The notes: generated from the letters alone by a model not told the origin. A stretch of DNA of 64,000 nt from an uncultured Porphyromonadaceae bacterium (GCA_964512915.1 CAZEKJ010000007.1:15572-79571), one strand, 5' to 3'. Positions 9,644-19,623 are shown, numbered from the stretch's first letter. Made by a program: numbers and translations.

Positions 9644-11083
9644 ATGAAAAGAATAACCGCTTTTATCTTAGCCGCCCTGACGATCGGCTCTTTCTCCTGC
9701 AAAAAGGAGGACACAACCGGTATAGATCTCACGATTCTCAGTGAAGTAGTCAAACCCTATAATTATGAAGAAAATGGCCAGATGAAAGGGATTGTGGTTG
9801 AAGCAGTTGAAGTCATTCTCAGCGAACTTCAATTATCAAACCCGATCGAGATGAGCAGCAACTGGGATGCTATCTACCAGCGGCTGAAAACGGAAGACAA
9901 CATCATGGTCCTTACAACCGGCTTCAATGCGGAAAGAAAGGACCTGTTCAAGTGGGCAGGACCGGTAGCGCTGCTTCAGGTCGGCTTTGTCACGGTCTCT
10001 TCCTCCGACCTTCAGCTTGCCTCAGTTGCCGAAGCTAAAGAGCTTCAGTCCATCGGAATCGTTAAATCCTTTTTCACCGCAGAGATCCTAAGGGATCTTG
10101 GATTCACCAACCTGGTCGAATACGAAAATGCAGTAGCCCTGATTCAGGCATTATACGCAGGAAATGTTCAGGTCATTTTCGAAAACCTGAACATGCTGCA
10201 GACGGTCGCCGCTGACAATGACCTCGACAGATCCCGGCTGAAAAGCGTCATGACCTATTCCACCTCGCAGGCCTACCTGGCCTTTTCGAAAAATGTTTCA
10301 GACAAGATCGTTGAGACCTGGCAGGGAAAGCTGGATGAGCTGAAAGATGACGGATCCCTCCAGGAAATGTATGACCGGTATCTACCCGGCACCACTGCTC
10401 CGGGCAGGCTCACTATTTTCACCGAAACCAACCCTCCGCAGAATTTCTACGATTATACAGGTTTACTGACAGGGAGCTCGGTAGATATGGTCAAGGCCAT
10501 GATGCTGGAGATGGGAACCGACAATCCCCTGATTCTCACCAATTGGACCGATGGGTACGCGCAGGTTCAGATGGCTCCTAATACAATGGCATTTAGCACA
10601 TTGCGATCTGAAGCCCGCGAAGATATGTTTCAATGGGTGGGACCGGTTTGCAAAAAAAGATACTGCTTTTTCGTTCGGGCTGATACGGACTATTCGATCA
10701 AAACACTCGATGATGCCCATCACCTGCGGTCGGTAGCCACCGTAACAGGATGGTCATCCGAAGAGGAGCTTATCGCGCTGGGATTCTCCAACCTGGTTAC
10801 TTTCGACACGCCCCAGCTTGTACTCCAGAAGCTCCTCGATGGGGATGTTCCCTGCGTGGTTCTCAATGATATTTCCATCCGCCTCCTTCTGCAGGAACTT
10901 AACCACGCACCCAAGGACGTCAGAAAAGAGCTCATCCTTTCCGAAGGCCAGACTTACCTGGCTTTCTCCCTGAATACCGATGAAACCTATATTGACCAGT
11001 GGACCGCCGCCTATAACAAGATCGTTTCAAGCGGCAAGCTGAAACAGATATGGGATGAGTGGTATCCGGATATAGACTGGTAG
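9644..11083 (+). CDS. Lipoprotein with two tandem periplasmic solute-binding (SBP_bac_3-like) domains
   Basis: The ATG at 9644 gives MKRITAFILAALTIGSFSCKKE. The sequence upstream of it is translated repeat. Two similar halves (PYNYEENGQMKG... and PPQNFYDYTGLLTG...). Confidence 0.7.
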   Translation: MKRITAFILAALTIGSFSCKKEDTTGIDLTILSEVVKPYNYEENGQMKGIVVEAVEVILSELQLSNPIEMSSNWDAIYQRLKTEDNIMVLTTGFNAERKDLFKWAGPVALLQVGFVTVSSSDLQLASVAEAKELQSIGIVKSFFTAEILRDLGFTNLVEYENAVALIQALYAGNVQVIFENLNMLQTVAADNDLDRSRLKSVMTYSTSQAYLAFSKNVSDKIVETWQGKLDELKDDGSLQEMYDRYLPGTTAPGRLTIFTETNPPQNFYDYTGLLTGSSVDMVKAMMLEMGTDNPLILTNWTDGYAQVQMAPNTMAFSTLRSEAREDMFQWVGPVCKKRYCFFVRADTDYSIKTLDDAHHLRSVATVTGWSSEEELIALGFSNLVTFDTPQLVLQKLLDGDVPCVVLNDISIRLLLQELNHAPKDVRKELILSEGQTYLAFSLNTDETYIDQWTAAYNKIVSSGKLKQIWDEWYPDIDW

Positions 11084-11125
11084 GGGCACAGGGGCACAAG
11101 GGCACAAGGGCACAAGGGCACAAGG
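11083..11125 (+). repeat. (GGGCACARG)n G-rich octamer/nonamer array
   Basis: Five G-tracts immediately after the stop TAG at 11081-11083. Confidence 0.9.
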
Positions 11126-11129
11126 CTCC

Positions 11130-11224
11130 CGTCTCTTAGTCTCTTAGTCTCTTGGTCTCTCAGTCTTAAAGTCTCTCAGTCTTAAAGTCTCTCAGTCTTA
11201 TAGTCTCTCAGTCTCTCAGTCTTC
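11130..11224. repeat. (AGTCTCTC/AGTCTTAA)n octamer array
   Basis: About 12 units. The 3' end and the TGA stop (11208-11210) of the minus-strand gene lie within it. Confidence 0.9.
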
Positions 11225-12566
11225 TTAACGCGGCCAGCGTGCACGTTACGCTCGTCATGTACACCGGGTTCTGCGCGTACCCGTCAGGGGGGTAGACGCA
11301 TTCATACGGTCCGCCATTTTCCGGGTTGCCGGAGCGGAAATCCGTCCGGCGAAGGTGATCAATGTATTCTTTTGCCAGATTTCCCGCTGCTGCGGTATCC
11401 ACCAGGCTGATGGCAAAGCAGACCCGTCCGGTGGGCGTGCCCCAGTAGGCACCGTTCTGGTAACGGTTCATCCCCGCAGCGGCTTTTTCCCACATGGTTG
11501 CATCACTGAAATTTCCGTTTGTTGGCACATGCCGGATCTGACCCTCCTTCGAGATTGTCCCCTCAGCATATGCTTTCGCCAGTGCCAGGGCGGCCCAGGT
11601 CTGGGCGGGCTCATCCAGCGCCCCGATATATACCGCATAGGCAGTGGCCCAAACATCGGGCTGGGCGCTCGTGCCCGTTGTGGCCCGGAGCATTCCGGAT
11701 TCGTCCGCAAAGAGGGGTGCCAGTCCGGAACGGATCAACAGTGCAATCTTCCGGTATTCGCCGGCAGCAGTTGTGTCCCCGGTCATCAGGAACAACTCGG
11801 ACAGTTCAAGGGCCGACTGGTATTTAAGCAGCGATCCGAAGCAGACATCGCCGGTCATCCCGACGATGTCACGGAAACCGAAATCGCAGGTCTGAAAAGC
11901 AGGGTTAATGGTGGCCATGCCCGTGACCGGATTTTCAGGCACCATGGCAAAGGCCAGCACCAGCCGTTCGGCCAGGGAGCGTGAACCCACCTTCTGATCC
12001 AGAATATCGGCATTTCCTGTTATACTGATATAGTACCAGGCCATGTGGATAAAGTAGTACTGATCGCAATAGGGTGGGAGCCGCCAAATTGGATTTCCCT
12101 GATCCTCATAGCTGTACGTTCCGGGAAAATAGACCGGAAGTCCGTCGATGAACCGGATGTGATCGGGGATGGAACCTGTGGGCACCAGGCTTCCGCCGCC
12201 GGTAATCCACGACTGATCGGCCTGCCGTTCAGCGGTATACATCAGCATATTCAGCTGCTCCGTATCCGTGATAAATCCCGATTCGAGGCTCATCGCATAA
12301 TCGCGGATCCAGAACGACGGATAGCAGTCGCGCCCGCCCGGCCTGATCAAGGTAATCCCGGTATTATTGGGTCCAAACGCCCGGATCGCCTCGGGCAGAT
12401 CCTGTCCGGACAGAACCCGCGAGCTGTCAACCACCGCCCGCGTGAGGCCTTCCAGAAACTGCATGTCCTCCTTCGCCAGTTGTTGTGAATAAGCCTGTAC
12501 TCCGCTAACTATCAGGCTTAGTAAAAAAGAGCAGGCAATCAGGGCCTGCCGGGCCGGGGTTCTCAT
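11208..12566 (-). CDS. Secreted hypothetical protein, possibly (alpha/alpha)6 glycoside-hydrolase-like
   Basis: Signal peptide MRTPARQALIACSFLLSLIVSGVQAYSQ. Motifs such as PSFWIRDYAMS and YQNGAYWGTPTG resemble six-hairpin GH folds. The last codons and stop lie inside the 8-mer repeat array. Confidence 0.5.
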   Translation of the reverse strand: MRTPARQALIACSFLLSLIVSGVQAYSQQLAKEDMQFLEGLTRAVVDSSRVLSGQDLPEAIRAFGPNNTGITLIRPGGRDCYPSFWIRDYAMSLESGFITDTEQLNMLMYTAERQADQSWITGGGSLVPTGSIPDHIRFIDGLPVYFPGTYSYEDQGNPIWRLPPYCDQYYFIHMAWYYISITGNADILDQKVGSRSLAERLVLAFAMVPENPVTGMATINPAFQTCDFGFRDIVGMTGDVCFGSLLKYQSALELSELFLMTGDTTAAGEYRKIALLIRSGLAPLFADESGMLRATTGTSAQPDVWATAYAVYIGALDEPAQTWAALALAKAYAEGTISKEGQIRHVPTNGNFSDATMWEKAAAGMNRYQNGAYWGTPTGRVCFAISLVDTAAAGNLAKEYIDHLRRTDFRSGNPENGGPYECVYPPDGYAQNPVYMTSVTCTLAALRRLRD

Positions 12567-12627
12567 TTTGATTCTATCTTTAGTTCGAAATTTAGCATAA
12601 ACTAAGAATTCGGCCAGAAAAAGTTAT

Positions 12628-12713
12628 GGGGGCACAGGGGCACAAGGGCACAAGGGCACAAGGGCACAGGGGCACAGGGGCACAGGGGCACAAGGGCACA
12701 GGGGCACAAGGGG
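12628..12713 (+). repeat. (GGGCACARG)n array, 11 G-tracts
   Basis: Read directly from the sequence. Lies between divergent genes (starts at 12566 and 12775). Confidence 0.9.
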
Positions 12714-12774
12714 GGCGCTTGACTAACTCCGTCCTTTAGGGCGGAGATTGCGGAATAATGCCGACCTTCGCAGC

Positions 12775-13698
12775 ATGATGGCAAAACGAATCATTCTGGC
12801 ATCGGAGGAGAAGAGTTCCCTTCATCCCAGGAATCCGCACCGGTTCCGGTATGATTTTCCAAAACTGATTGAAAGCTGCCCGGAACTCGGGCCTTTTGTA
12901 TCGGTAAATCAGTATAACAACGAGTCGATTGATTTTGCCAACCCCGATGCGGTGATGGCGCTCAACCGGGCATTGCTGAAACATTTCTACGGGATTATCT
13001 GGTGGGACATTCCGGCAAATTATCTTTGCCCGCCTATTCCCGGCCGTGCAGACTACATTCACTATATGGCTGATCTGCTGGCAGAAGGCAATGGAGGTAT
13101 TCCTCCCCGGGGAGAACAAGTCAGGGTGCTGGATATCGGGACCGGAGCCAACTGTGTTTATCCGATCCTGGGGATCCGGGAGTATGGCTGGTCTTTTGTC
13201 GCATCAGAAACAGATCCGGTTGCTCTCGAATCCGCAGCAAAAATCATAAAGAAAAACCCGGTGCTGAAAGACCTGATTGAACTTCGGCCGCAGAAGGTGA
13301 GGGATGATATCTATCGCGGCATTGTGCAGCCGGGCGAGCAGTTCGACCTGTCGATCTGCAATCCGCCATTCCATGCCTCACAGGCCGAAGCAACTGCAGC
13401 AACAGGACGGAAGATCGCCAAACTAAACCCCGGCAGGAAGACGAAAATCGTCCAGAATTTTGGCGGACAGAGTGCTGAACTGATTTATGAGGGCGGTGAG
13501 CAAGCCTTCATCAGGCGCATGATCCAGCAAAGCGCGCGGATTCATAGCCAGTGCAAATGGTTCTCGACGCTCGTTGCAAAAAACGACCATCTTCCCGCGA
13601 TTTACAAATCGCTGGATATCGCCCGGGCAGCCGAAGTCCGCACCATCAACATGGCGCAGGGACAAAAGGTCAGCCGCGTGGTTGCCTGGAGGTTTTAA
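12775..13698 (+). CDS. rlmF: 23S rRNA (adenine-N6)-methyltransferase, RlmF/YbiN-like
   Basis: Collinear with my recollection of E. coli RlmF: LHPRNPHRFRYDF, CPPIPGRADYIHYMADLL, the NPPFH catalytic motif, and MAQGQKVSRVVAWRF at the C terminus. The ATG at 12775 is preferred over the TTG at 12748. Confidence 0.85.
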   Translation: MMAKRIILASEEKSSLHPRNPHRFRYDFPKLIESCPELGPFVSVNQYNNESIDFANPDAVMALNRALLKHFYGIIWWDIPANYLCPPIPGRADYIHYMADLLAEGNGGIPPRGEQVRVLDIGTGANCVYPILGIREYGWSFVASETDPVALESAAKIIKKNPVLKDLIELRPQKVRDDIYRGIVQPGEQFDLSICNPPFHASQAEATAATGRKIAKLNPGRKTKIVQNFGGQSAELIYEGGEQAFIRRMIQQSARIHSQCKWFSTLVAKNDHLPAIYKSLDIARAAEVRTINMAQGQKVSRVVAWRF

Positions 13699-13879
13699 TC
13701 CCGAACGGCAAATACAACGGGCAGAAACTGATCAGGCTGGTAAGGACAAAAACCCCGGCCAGAACCAGGATCACAATACCCCAGGTACCGGTGATCACCT
13801 CTGTGAAATACAGCACTACAAACAAAACTGCGACCAGGATGCGAAGGATCCGGTCAAGATTTCCCATGTTCTTTTTCAT
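13670..13879 (-). CDS. DUF2892 (YgaP C-terminal-like) small membrane protein
   Basis: 69 aa with GNLDRILRILVAVLF...SFCPLYLPFG, the typical DUF2892 pattern. Its 3' end overlaps the rlmF 3' end by 29 nt. Confidence 0.75.
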   Translation of the reverse strand: MKKNMGNLDRILRILVAVLFVVLYFTEVITGTWGIVILVLAGVFVLTSLISFCPLYLPFGIKTSRQPRG

Positions 13880-13929
13880 TGGTTAAAAGTTTGATATGGG
13901 GGTATAACGTAAAGGGAGGGGAAAAGTTC

Positions 13930-13995
13930 GGGCACAAGGGCATAAGGGCATAAGGGCATAGGGGCAGGGGGGCATAGGGGCATAGGGGCATAGGG
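13930..13995 (+). repeat. (GGGCATARG)n array
   Basis: GGGCACAAGGGCATAAGGGCATAAGGGCATAGGGGCAGGGGGGCATAGGGGCATAGGGGCATAGGG. Confidence 0.9.
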
Positions 13996-14046
13996 AAGCA
14001 TACCTGAATCTAATTTTCGAAACTCAACACTCTGTGTTCGAATCTC

Positions 14047-15462
14047 TCAATTCCCACCTGTCACTTTTCTTATAAACATCTGATATAGTGCCAGCTCCAG
14101 TACAACCGGTCTATATCCTTCTGCTATTGAATCGGGAATTTCTGCTTTCTTTTTTGTCAGATAAAAGCTTTCCGGAGTGCGTGGATCGAGACTGATATTT
14201 GCTTCGCGGCTGAGGTAGGCGATGAGGCGCCAGTCGGAGCATAGGGTATCAGGAACTGATATATGGGAGCCGGCCGGAACGGTGGAAGTGATTTTCCGAA
14301 CATCAGCAAGAAGAGTGTGGTCACGGACCGGTTTTAAATTCAAGATCACGGAGAGAATCAGAAAGAAAACAACAACGCCTGCAGCGAGCCACCTCAAAAG
14401 GGGTGTTTCTGTAAGCAGGGCAGGATTTCGGCGCATTTCGCCGAAGGGAACCAGGAGTGACATACCAATGGCAATGAAGGGAATAGACGGCACCAGGTAA
14501 TAATCGTGCTGCTTCAGTGTCAGGATCAAGGGGAGGGAAGCCGTTAGGCCTGCAAGAATGAAGAACCATCCCAGCCGCATGATTCTGGATCCGCCGGCAT
14601 CCTCATCTTTCTTACTGATAGCAGCTATGATCAGAATAATTAATAACGGCGTACCGGTAACGGATATCAGATCAAGCAGGATCCCAAAGCGTCCGTCCCC
14701 GCTGATTTCGCGCTCATTTGCCAGTGACGGCAGCAGTTGCTGACTGATATAGTTCCCGATTGAATGGCTTGCCTCCGGCATCAGAAGGCTGAGCATCCCA
14801 AAAAGAGCTACCGGAACGAGAATAAGAATCAGCGTTTCCAGGAGGGCACGACCGATACCTTTCTTTCCCCCAACGATCCACCAAAGCGCCGGCATCATCA
14901 GCGGAAACAATCCGACCGGCCCCTTGGTGAGGAAGGCTGCCAGAATGCAGGTGCCGGCCGGCAGCAGCCACCAGAATTGCTTTTTCAGCATCGCTTTCCC
15001 GGTGAACCAGGTAGCGCCCAAAACAAAAATGGTGAGTGTGTTTTCGAGCATATTATTCCGATAGGACCAGAAAACCACCGGAGTGGCGATCCAGAGGAGG
15101 ACCGGCAGCCACCACAGGGCTTTCCGCTGCGGCGTATCGGAAAAAAGGATCCAGACCCTGGCCAGCAGGTACAGGCTCACCAGTGCCGTGAACAGCGTGT
15201 ATATCCGTTCGGTGGCCAGTCCGTCCCCGAACACCCGGAAGAAGAGCGACTGAATTCCGAAAGCCAGCGGGGGATGCTCGAAGAACTGCGGATAGAGAAT
15301 ATCGGTATAATGCGGAGCCCAGAAGGTTCCCAGCCCGTGAGCCAGGTTGCGGGAGATCGCCGCATAGGTGACCCCGTCGAGGAACATCCCGTCCCGTACA
15401 ATCCAGGGGAGGAGGAGGCCGAGGAAGAGGGCGGCGGAGAGGAGGTACTGCGGGCGGATCAT
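14047..15462 (-). CDS. ArnT/PMT-like (GT39/GT83-type) membrane glycosyltransferase
   Basis: 471 aa and polytopic. N-terminal DGMFLDGVTYAAISRNLAHGLGTFW is typical of this family. Confidence 0.7.
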   Translation of the reverse strand: MIRPQYLLSAALFLGLLLPWIVRDGMFLDGVTYAAISRNLAHGLGTFWAPHYTDILYPQFFEHPPLAFGIQSLFFRVFGDGLATERIYTLFTALVSLYLLARVWILFSDTPQRKALWWLPVLLWIATPVVFWSYRNNMLENTLTIFVLGATWFTGKAMLKKQFWWLLPAGTCILAAFLTKGPVGLFPLMMPALWWIVGGKKGIGRALLETLILILVPVALFGMLSLLMPEASHSIGNYISQQLLPSLANEREISGDGRFGILLDLISVTGTPLLIILIIAAISKKDEDAGGSRIMRLGWFFILAGLTASLPLILTLKQHDYYLVPSIPFIAIGMSLLVPFGEMRRNPALLTETPLLRWLAAGVVVFFLILSVILNLKPVRDHTLLADVRKITSTVPAGSHISVPDTLCSDWRLIAYLSREANISLDPRTPESFYLTKKKAEIPDSIAEGYRPVVLELALYQMFIRKVTGGN

Positions 15463-15494
15463 GTAGTAAATCTAAGAAAGTTGGCGGTTAAAAA

Positions 15495-15680
15495 CAGTTG
15501 CCGGTTGCCGGTTGCCAGTTGCCGGTTATTTCGCTCTGGTGTCATTCCGGTGAAAACCGGAATCTCCGAATTGGGTGTGAGTGTGAGTGTGGGTGTGAGT
15601 GTGATGGGGATTTCTGACTTCCGTCAGGATGACAGTTCGGGCGAAATAACCGGTAACCGGCAACCGGTAACCGGCAACTG
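15495..15680. repeat. Nested palindromic element: 40-nt heptamer arms (GTTGCCG family) enclosing two GTCAT...GAAA-type hairpins and a (GTGTGAG)n tract
   Basis: Arms at 15495-15534 and 15641-15680 are complementary with 3 mismatches. Inner hairpins at 15541-15564 and 15609-15633. Confidence 0.85.
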
Positions 15681-15684
15681 ATCT

Positions 15685-17115
15685 TCAGTCCCTCACACAC
15701 CTCACCGAGTACCCGTTCGAGAGCGTTCCGCGGGTTGACCAGAAGTTGTTTTGCGACCCGTAGAGTATTCGAACGAGGTAGTATCCGTTGGAGTAGGCGG
15801 AGGACCAATAAACGGTGTTTTCGCCCAGGCCGTAAAAACCGTTTCCAGACCGGGCTCCTGCCGGGACGGCTCCAAAACCGCTCGAGTTGTTTCCGTTGCC
15901 GCCTTCAAGCCAGCCGCTTACCGACTTGAGTTTCAGCCCGGGATTTTCGCCAAGGAAGTCGGTCAGAAACCAGAAGTCAGTGCCATCGGGCAGATGCCAG
16001 CCTGGCGGACAGGCCCGGATGGCCGCTTCATAGTTATAGAGAACCCCGTAGTTGCGGTAATGGCTGGTTGTCTTTGCTGATGCCGTGTCGGCCCCGTCAT
16101 AGTTGTATACATAATATCGGGCTGCCTTTTCAGACCCGGCGGACGGCGGAAAAACCTGCGGCAGGTAATCGAGGTTCTCGGCCATCCAGGTCTGGCTTCC
16201 GATAATCCTCGTCCGGTAAATTCGATTGCTGCGCCGGTCGAGCATCGTTCCGTTCAGGGCCAGCTTATGCATACTGATGTCCAGAACCTGCTGCGGTTCA
16301 TTAATAGCGATTCGGGCTTCGTACGTATCGAACCTGTACTCTTCGTTGGTCGCCTTCCTGGCCCGGATATAGCGGTTGCCAAGCGGCACCCCCTGAATCT
16401 GGTAGAATCCGGTGGAGCCGGTGGTCACCGTGAGGCCGCTTTCCTGTCCATCGGGGTTAAGCATCACCACCACCGCGCCGCTCACCGGCAGGCTGTCCTG
16501 ATCTTTCACGTATCCGTAAATCTTGCCGGTCAGTTTGACCGATACCATCGCCAATCGTGCTGTGGTCCAGCTGTTTTCGTTGATCTTGACGCTTTGATTG
16601 ACAATTCCGAAATCTTCCCGTTCGGCAACCAGAGTGTAGGTGCCGATCGGCAAGTGCTGCAGCTGGAAAAGGCCCGTGCTGTCGGTTATGATACTCCGGT
16701 CACCCACGGTTACGGTCACTCCTGGAACCATGATTGCCGTGCCCTTGAAGAAGGCGCTCCCTTCGAGGTTTCCGTACAGAACTTCGGTTAGCGTGATCGG
16801 GTAGTCCATACTTGCCTCCTCATCGCCATCGGTTACGCTAACGGTAAGGGTATAGGTTTTCCCGGTTCCGTCGAGCGGCGATTTCCATTTCGTCTGAAAC
16901 CCCGTGGCGCCGTCAGGAAACTCCCCGGCATCGCACTGCCATGAGTAACTCAGCAGGTCACCGTCCTCATCGGAAGCGCTTGCCGTGAAAGTGAAGAGTG
17001 CTCCTGCATTGCGCTTTTCGGGGCTGCAGAGGATCTTCTGAATTACGGGTGGATGGTTGCGCTCGCAGGCTGCAAGCGTCAGAATCATCATCAGGCTATA
17101 CAGTATCTTTTTCAT
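15685..17115 (-). CDS. Lipoprotein with PKD-like and CarboxypepD_reg-like domains and a C-terminal FISUMP (Fibrobacter succinogenes major paralogous) domain
   Basis: MKKILYSLMMILTLAACE signal. C-terminal pattern IGSQTWMAENLDY...GVLYNYEAA...CPPGWHLP...GYSVRCVRD. Confidence 0.8.
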   Translation of the reverse strand: MKKILYSLMMILTLAACERNHPPVIQKILCSPEKRNAGALFTFTASASDEDGDLLSYSWQCDAGEFPDGATGFQTKWKSPLDGTGKTYTLTVSVTDGDEEASMDYPITLTEVLYGNLEGSAFFKGTAIMVPGVTVTVGDRSIITDSTGLFQLQHLPIGTYTLVAEREDFGIVNQSVKINENSWTTARLAMVSVKLTGKIYGYVKDQDSLPVSGAVVVMLNPDGQESGLTVTTGSTGFYQIQGVPLGNRYIRARKATNEEYRFDTYEARIAINEPQQVLDISMHKLALNGTMLDRRSNRIYRTRIIGSQTWMAENLDYLPQVFPPSAGSEKAARYYVYNYDGADTASAKTTSHYRNYGVLYNYEAAIRACPPGWHLPDGTDFWFLTDFLGENPGLKLKSVSGWLEGGNGNNSSGFGAVPAGARSGNGFYGLGENTVYWSSAYSNGYYLVRILYGSQNNFWSTRGTLSNGYSVRCVRD

Positions 17116-17149
17116 TTTGTCCTGGGGGACGAGTAAAGATAAGAAAAAA

Positions 17150-17280
17150 GGCAGAAGGCAGAAGGCAGAAATTAGTAAGAGGTTAAAAGACAGAAGTAAT
17201 AAGTTAGAGCAGAGGCACCCTTCTTTCTTTTTACCTATTTCTTCTTCCTAATTTCTGCCTTCTGCCTTCTGCCCTCTGCC
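17150..17280. repeat. GGCAGAA-armed palindromic element, subfamily B
   Basis: Arms GGCAGAAGGCAGAAGGCAGAAATTAGTAAGAGG and CTTCTTCCTAATTTCTGCCTTCTGCCTTCTGCCCTCTGCC. The right end is flush with the GH95 stop (17281-17283). Confidence 0.9.
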
Positions 17281-19623
17281 TTATATAGCCTTCTTCCGCT
17301 CGCCCGGGCTCAGGGTTACGGCAACCTGTTTACCGGCATATGTGATGTCTGCTGTTCCACCGGTTTTCGAGCTCACATAAGCCTCTGTAATCTGTCCGTC
17401 TTTCCATTTCAGGTCGAACACAAAGCCTCCGCGGGCGCATAAACCTTTGTAGGAGCCGGTGTTCCAGGCTTTTGGTAAGGCCGGCAGCAGGCGGATCACG
17501 CCGCCGTGCGACTGGATCAGCATCTCGGCGATGCCGGCGGTGCCGCCGAAGTTGCCGTCGATCTGGAAGGGCGGATGGGTGTCGAACAGGTTTTTCATCG
17601 TACACTTCCGAAGCAGGCTCAACACGTTCTGATAGGATTTTTCACCATCCTGCAGCCGGGCATACTGACAAATGATCCAGGCTCGGCTCCAGCCGGTCTG
17701 ACCGCCGCCGAACGATAGCCGCCGCTCGATGGTAGCCCGTGCGGCATTGTAAAGCTCAGGCGTTTCAGGCGTGAACTGGCCCAGCGGGTAGAGTCCGAGC
17801 AGGTGCGACATGTGCCGGTGTCCCGGCTCCACCTCCTCATAATCCTCGATCCACTCCTGGATCACCCCTTTGGAATTGATACGGACCGGGGGCATGCGTT
17901 TCTGTGCGGCCTCGAGTTTAGCAGCAAACTCCGTGTCGGTGCCGAGAATCCGGCAGGCCTCCCGGCAATTATCAAACATCGTGTTCAATATCTCGATATC
18001 CACGGTGGCTGCATAGGTCAGCGCCGAGCTTTCCCGGGTTTTGGTGCCCGGAATCAGGAAGGCGTTTTCCGGACTATGTGAAGGATTTGTAACCAGATAG
18101 CCCTCGGGCGATTCCACCAGAAATCCGAGTACAAACTCGGCTGAGCCCTTCATCATCGGCCATGCCACGTTGCGCAGGAAGGCGGTATCGCCGGTGAAAA
18201 GGTAGTGCTCATACACCGTGAAAGTCATCCACGGCCCGTTCAGCGGCGTGATGCCCCATACCCCGTCGGCCACGCCGGTGCGGCCAAATGGGTCCACCAG
18301 GTGATGGAAAACCCACCCGTCGGTTCCGTACATTTCTTTGGCGGTAACCGTGCCCGGCTTAACAAGCTGTTCCATAAAGTTCACCAGCGGCAGTGCGGTT
18401 TCCGACAGGTTGCACACCTCAGCCGGCCAGTAGTTCATCTGGAGATTGATATTGGTATGGAAATCAGAATTCCAGGCCGCATTCATGTCCTTGTTCCAGA
18501 TCCCCTGCAGGTTGGCTGGCAGCTGTGCAGCACCGCGCGACGAGCCCATCAGGAGATAGCGGCCGTACTGGAAATACATAGCCAGCAAGGCATTATCTTC
18601 CCCGCCCTCTTTCATTTTGGCCAGCCTCACATCGGTTGGCAGCGAATCCAATTCTGATCCGCCCAGGTCGAGATCAACCCGGTTAAACATCGGCTGATAT
18701 TCCGCCAGATGCCGTTTCATCAGGTTTTTATCGGTCTGATTTTTAGCCTCATCCAACGTTTTCGCGCATACCGCCGCCGGATCGATGGACCGGTCGAAGT
18801 CCAGTTTGGTCAGGGAATAATCGGAGGCGGCGGCAAAACGCAGGCTTACCGAATTCGCCCCATCGATTGTCATCCCGGCGGAAGCCGGGATCCCCTGGCC
18901 ATTGTGCGTAATCCTCGCCTCCCCGGCAAATTTCATGTGTGCTCCGGCCGGACCGCTGCCGGCATCCTCGCCGTCGATGATCTGGCCGTTGAGGTGGATG
19001 GTACCATCGCTGTCGGTGGTGATCACGGCATCTTTTTCGCGGGTCATGGAAATCGTTGCATCGATTTTGCCTCCATCCAGGGCTTTGATATTGATGATCA
19101 GGATATTATCGGGAACCGAAGCGTATACTTCCTGCCGGTATTTCTTGCCGTCGACGGTAAATTCGGTGGCTGCTACCCCGGTTTTCAGGTCGAGCGACCG
19201 GCGGTATTCCGTTGGCTCGCTCTTCCAGCCGTAATCGATCAGCAGGTCGCCCAGAGGCTGATAGGAGCGGATCCGGGGTGGGGTTCCGAGCATATGGTCA
19301 TTCGCCAGCTGCCAGGCTTCCTTGAAACGGCTCTCAAACAGGGCCTTCTGGATTTCAGGCAGGTGCTGCAGGGAGCCCGGATTGTTGTTGTTCACCGGAC
19401 AGCCAGCCCAGATGCTCTCCTCGTTGATCTGGATCCTCTCATGCGTGGCATTGCCGAAAACCATGGCGCCCAGCCGGCCGTTGCCCACAGGCAGGGCTTC
19501 GTTCCAGTCCTTGGCGGGCTGGTTGTACCACAGAGTGAGATGGTTTGCATCAGGCTTTGAACCCGGATTTCCACAGCCGGTAAGCATAGCTAACCCGGCC
19601 AAAACAAAGAAAATATTTTTCAT
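17281..19623 (-). CDS. Glycoside hydrolase family 95 (alpha-L-fucosidase-like)
   Basis: N-terminal LWYNQPAKDWNEALPVGNGRLGAMVFG...ERIQINEESIWAG is typical of GH95. 780 aa. Lipoprotein signal. Confidence 0.85.
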   Translation of the reverse strand: MKNIFFVLAGLAMLTGCGNPGSKPDANHLTLWYNQPAKDWNEALPVGNGRLGAMVFGNATHERIQINEESIWAGCPVNNNNPGSLQHLPEIQKALFESRFKEAWQLANDHMLGTPPRIRSYQPLGDLLIDYGWKSEPTEYRRSLDLKTGVAATEFTVDGKKYRQEVYASVPDNILIINIKALDGGKIDATISMTREKDAVITTDSDGTIHLNGQIIDGEDAGSGPAGAHMKFAGEARITHNGQGIPASAGMTIDGANSVSLRFAAASDYSLTKLDFDRSIDPAAVCAKTLDEAKNQTDKNLMKRHLAEYQPMFNRVDLDLGGSELDSLPTDVRLAKMKEGGEDNALLAMYFQYGRYLLMGSSRGAAQLPANLQGIWNKDMNAAWNSDFHTNINLQMNYWPAEVCNLSETALPLVNFMEQLVKPGTVTAKEMYGTDGWVFHHLVDPFGRTGVADGVWGITPLNGPWMTFTVYEHYLFTGDTAFLRNVAWPMMKGSAEFVLGFLVESPEGYLVTNPSHSPENAFLIPGTKTRESSALTYAATVDIEILNTMFDNCREACRILGTDTEFAAKLEAAQKRMPPVRINSKGVIQEWIEDYEEVEPGHRHMSHLLGLYPLGQFTPETPELYNAARATIERRLSFGGGQTGWSRAWIICQYARLQDGEKSYQNVLSLLRKCTMKNLFDTHPPFQIDGNFGGTAGIAEMLIQSHGGVIRLLPALPKAWNTGSYKGLCARGGFVFDLKWKDGQITEAYVSSKTGGTADITYAGKQVAVTLSPGERKKAI

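Noticed and set aside
12628-12713. Possible CRISPR array (regularly spaced short repeats), here and at the other arrays
   Set aside because: The units are contiguous 7-9-mers with no unique spacers, repeat length is far below the CRISPR range, and no cas genes are present.
12602-12784. Small ORFs translating to PLCPCALVPLCPCAP-type peptides. The same applies to 10932-11123, 39563-39922 and 39631-39813.
   Set aside because: They are translations of the stop-free (GGGCACAAG)n arrays, not genes.
14764-15681. 305-aa ORF on the plus strand
   Set aside because: It is antisense to the ArnT-like membrane protein gene and extends through the nested palindrome. It is highly charged and low-complexity.
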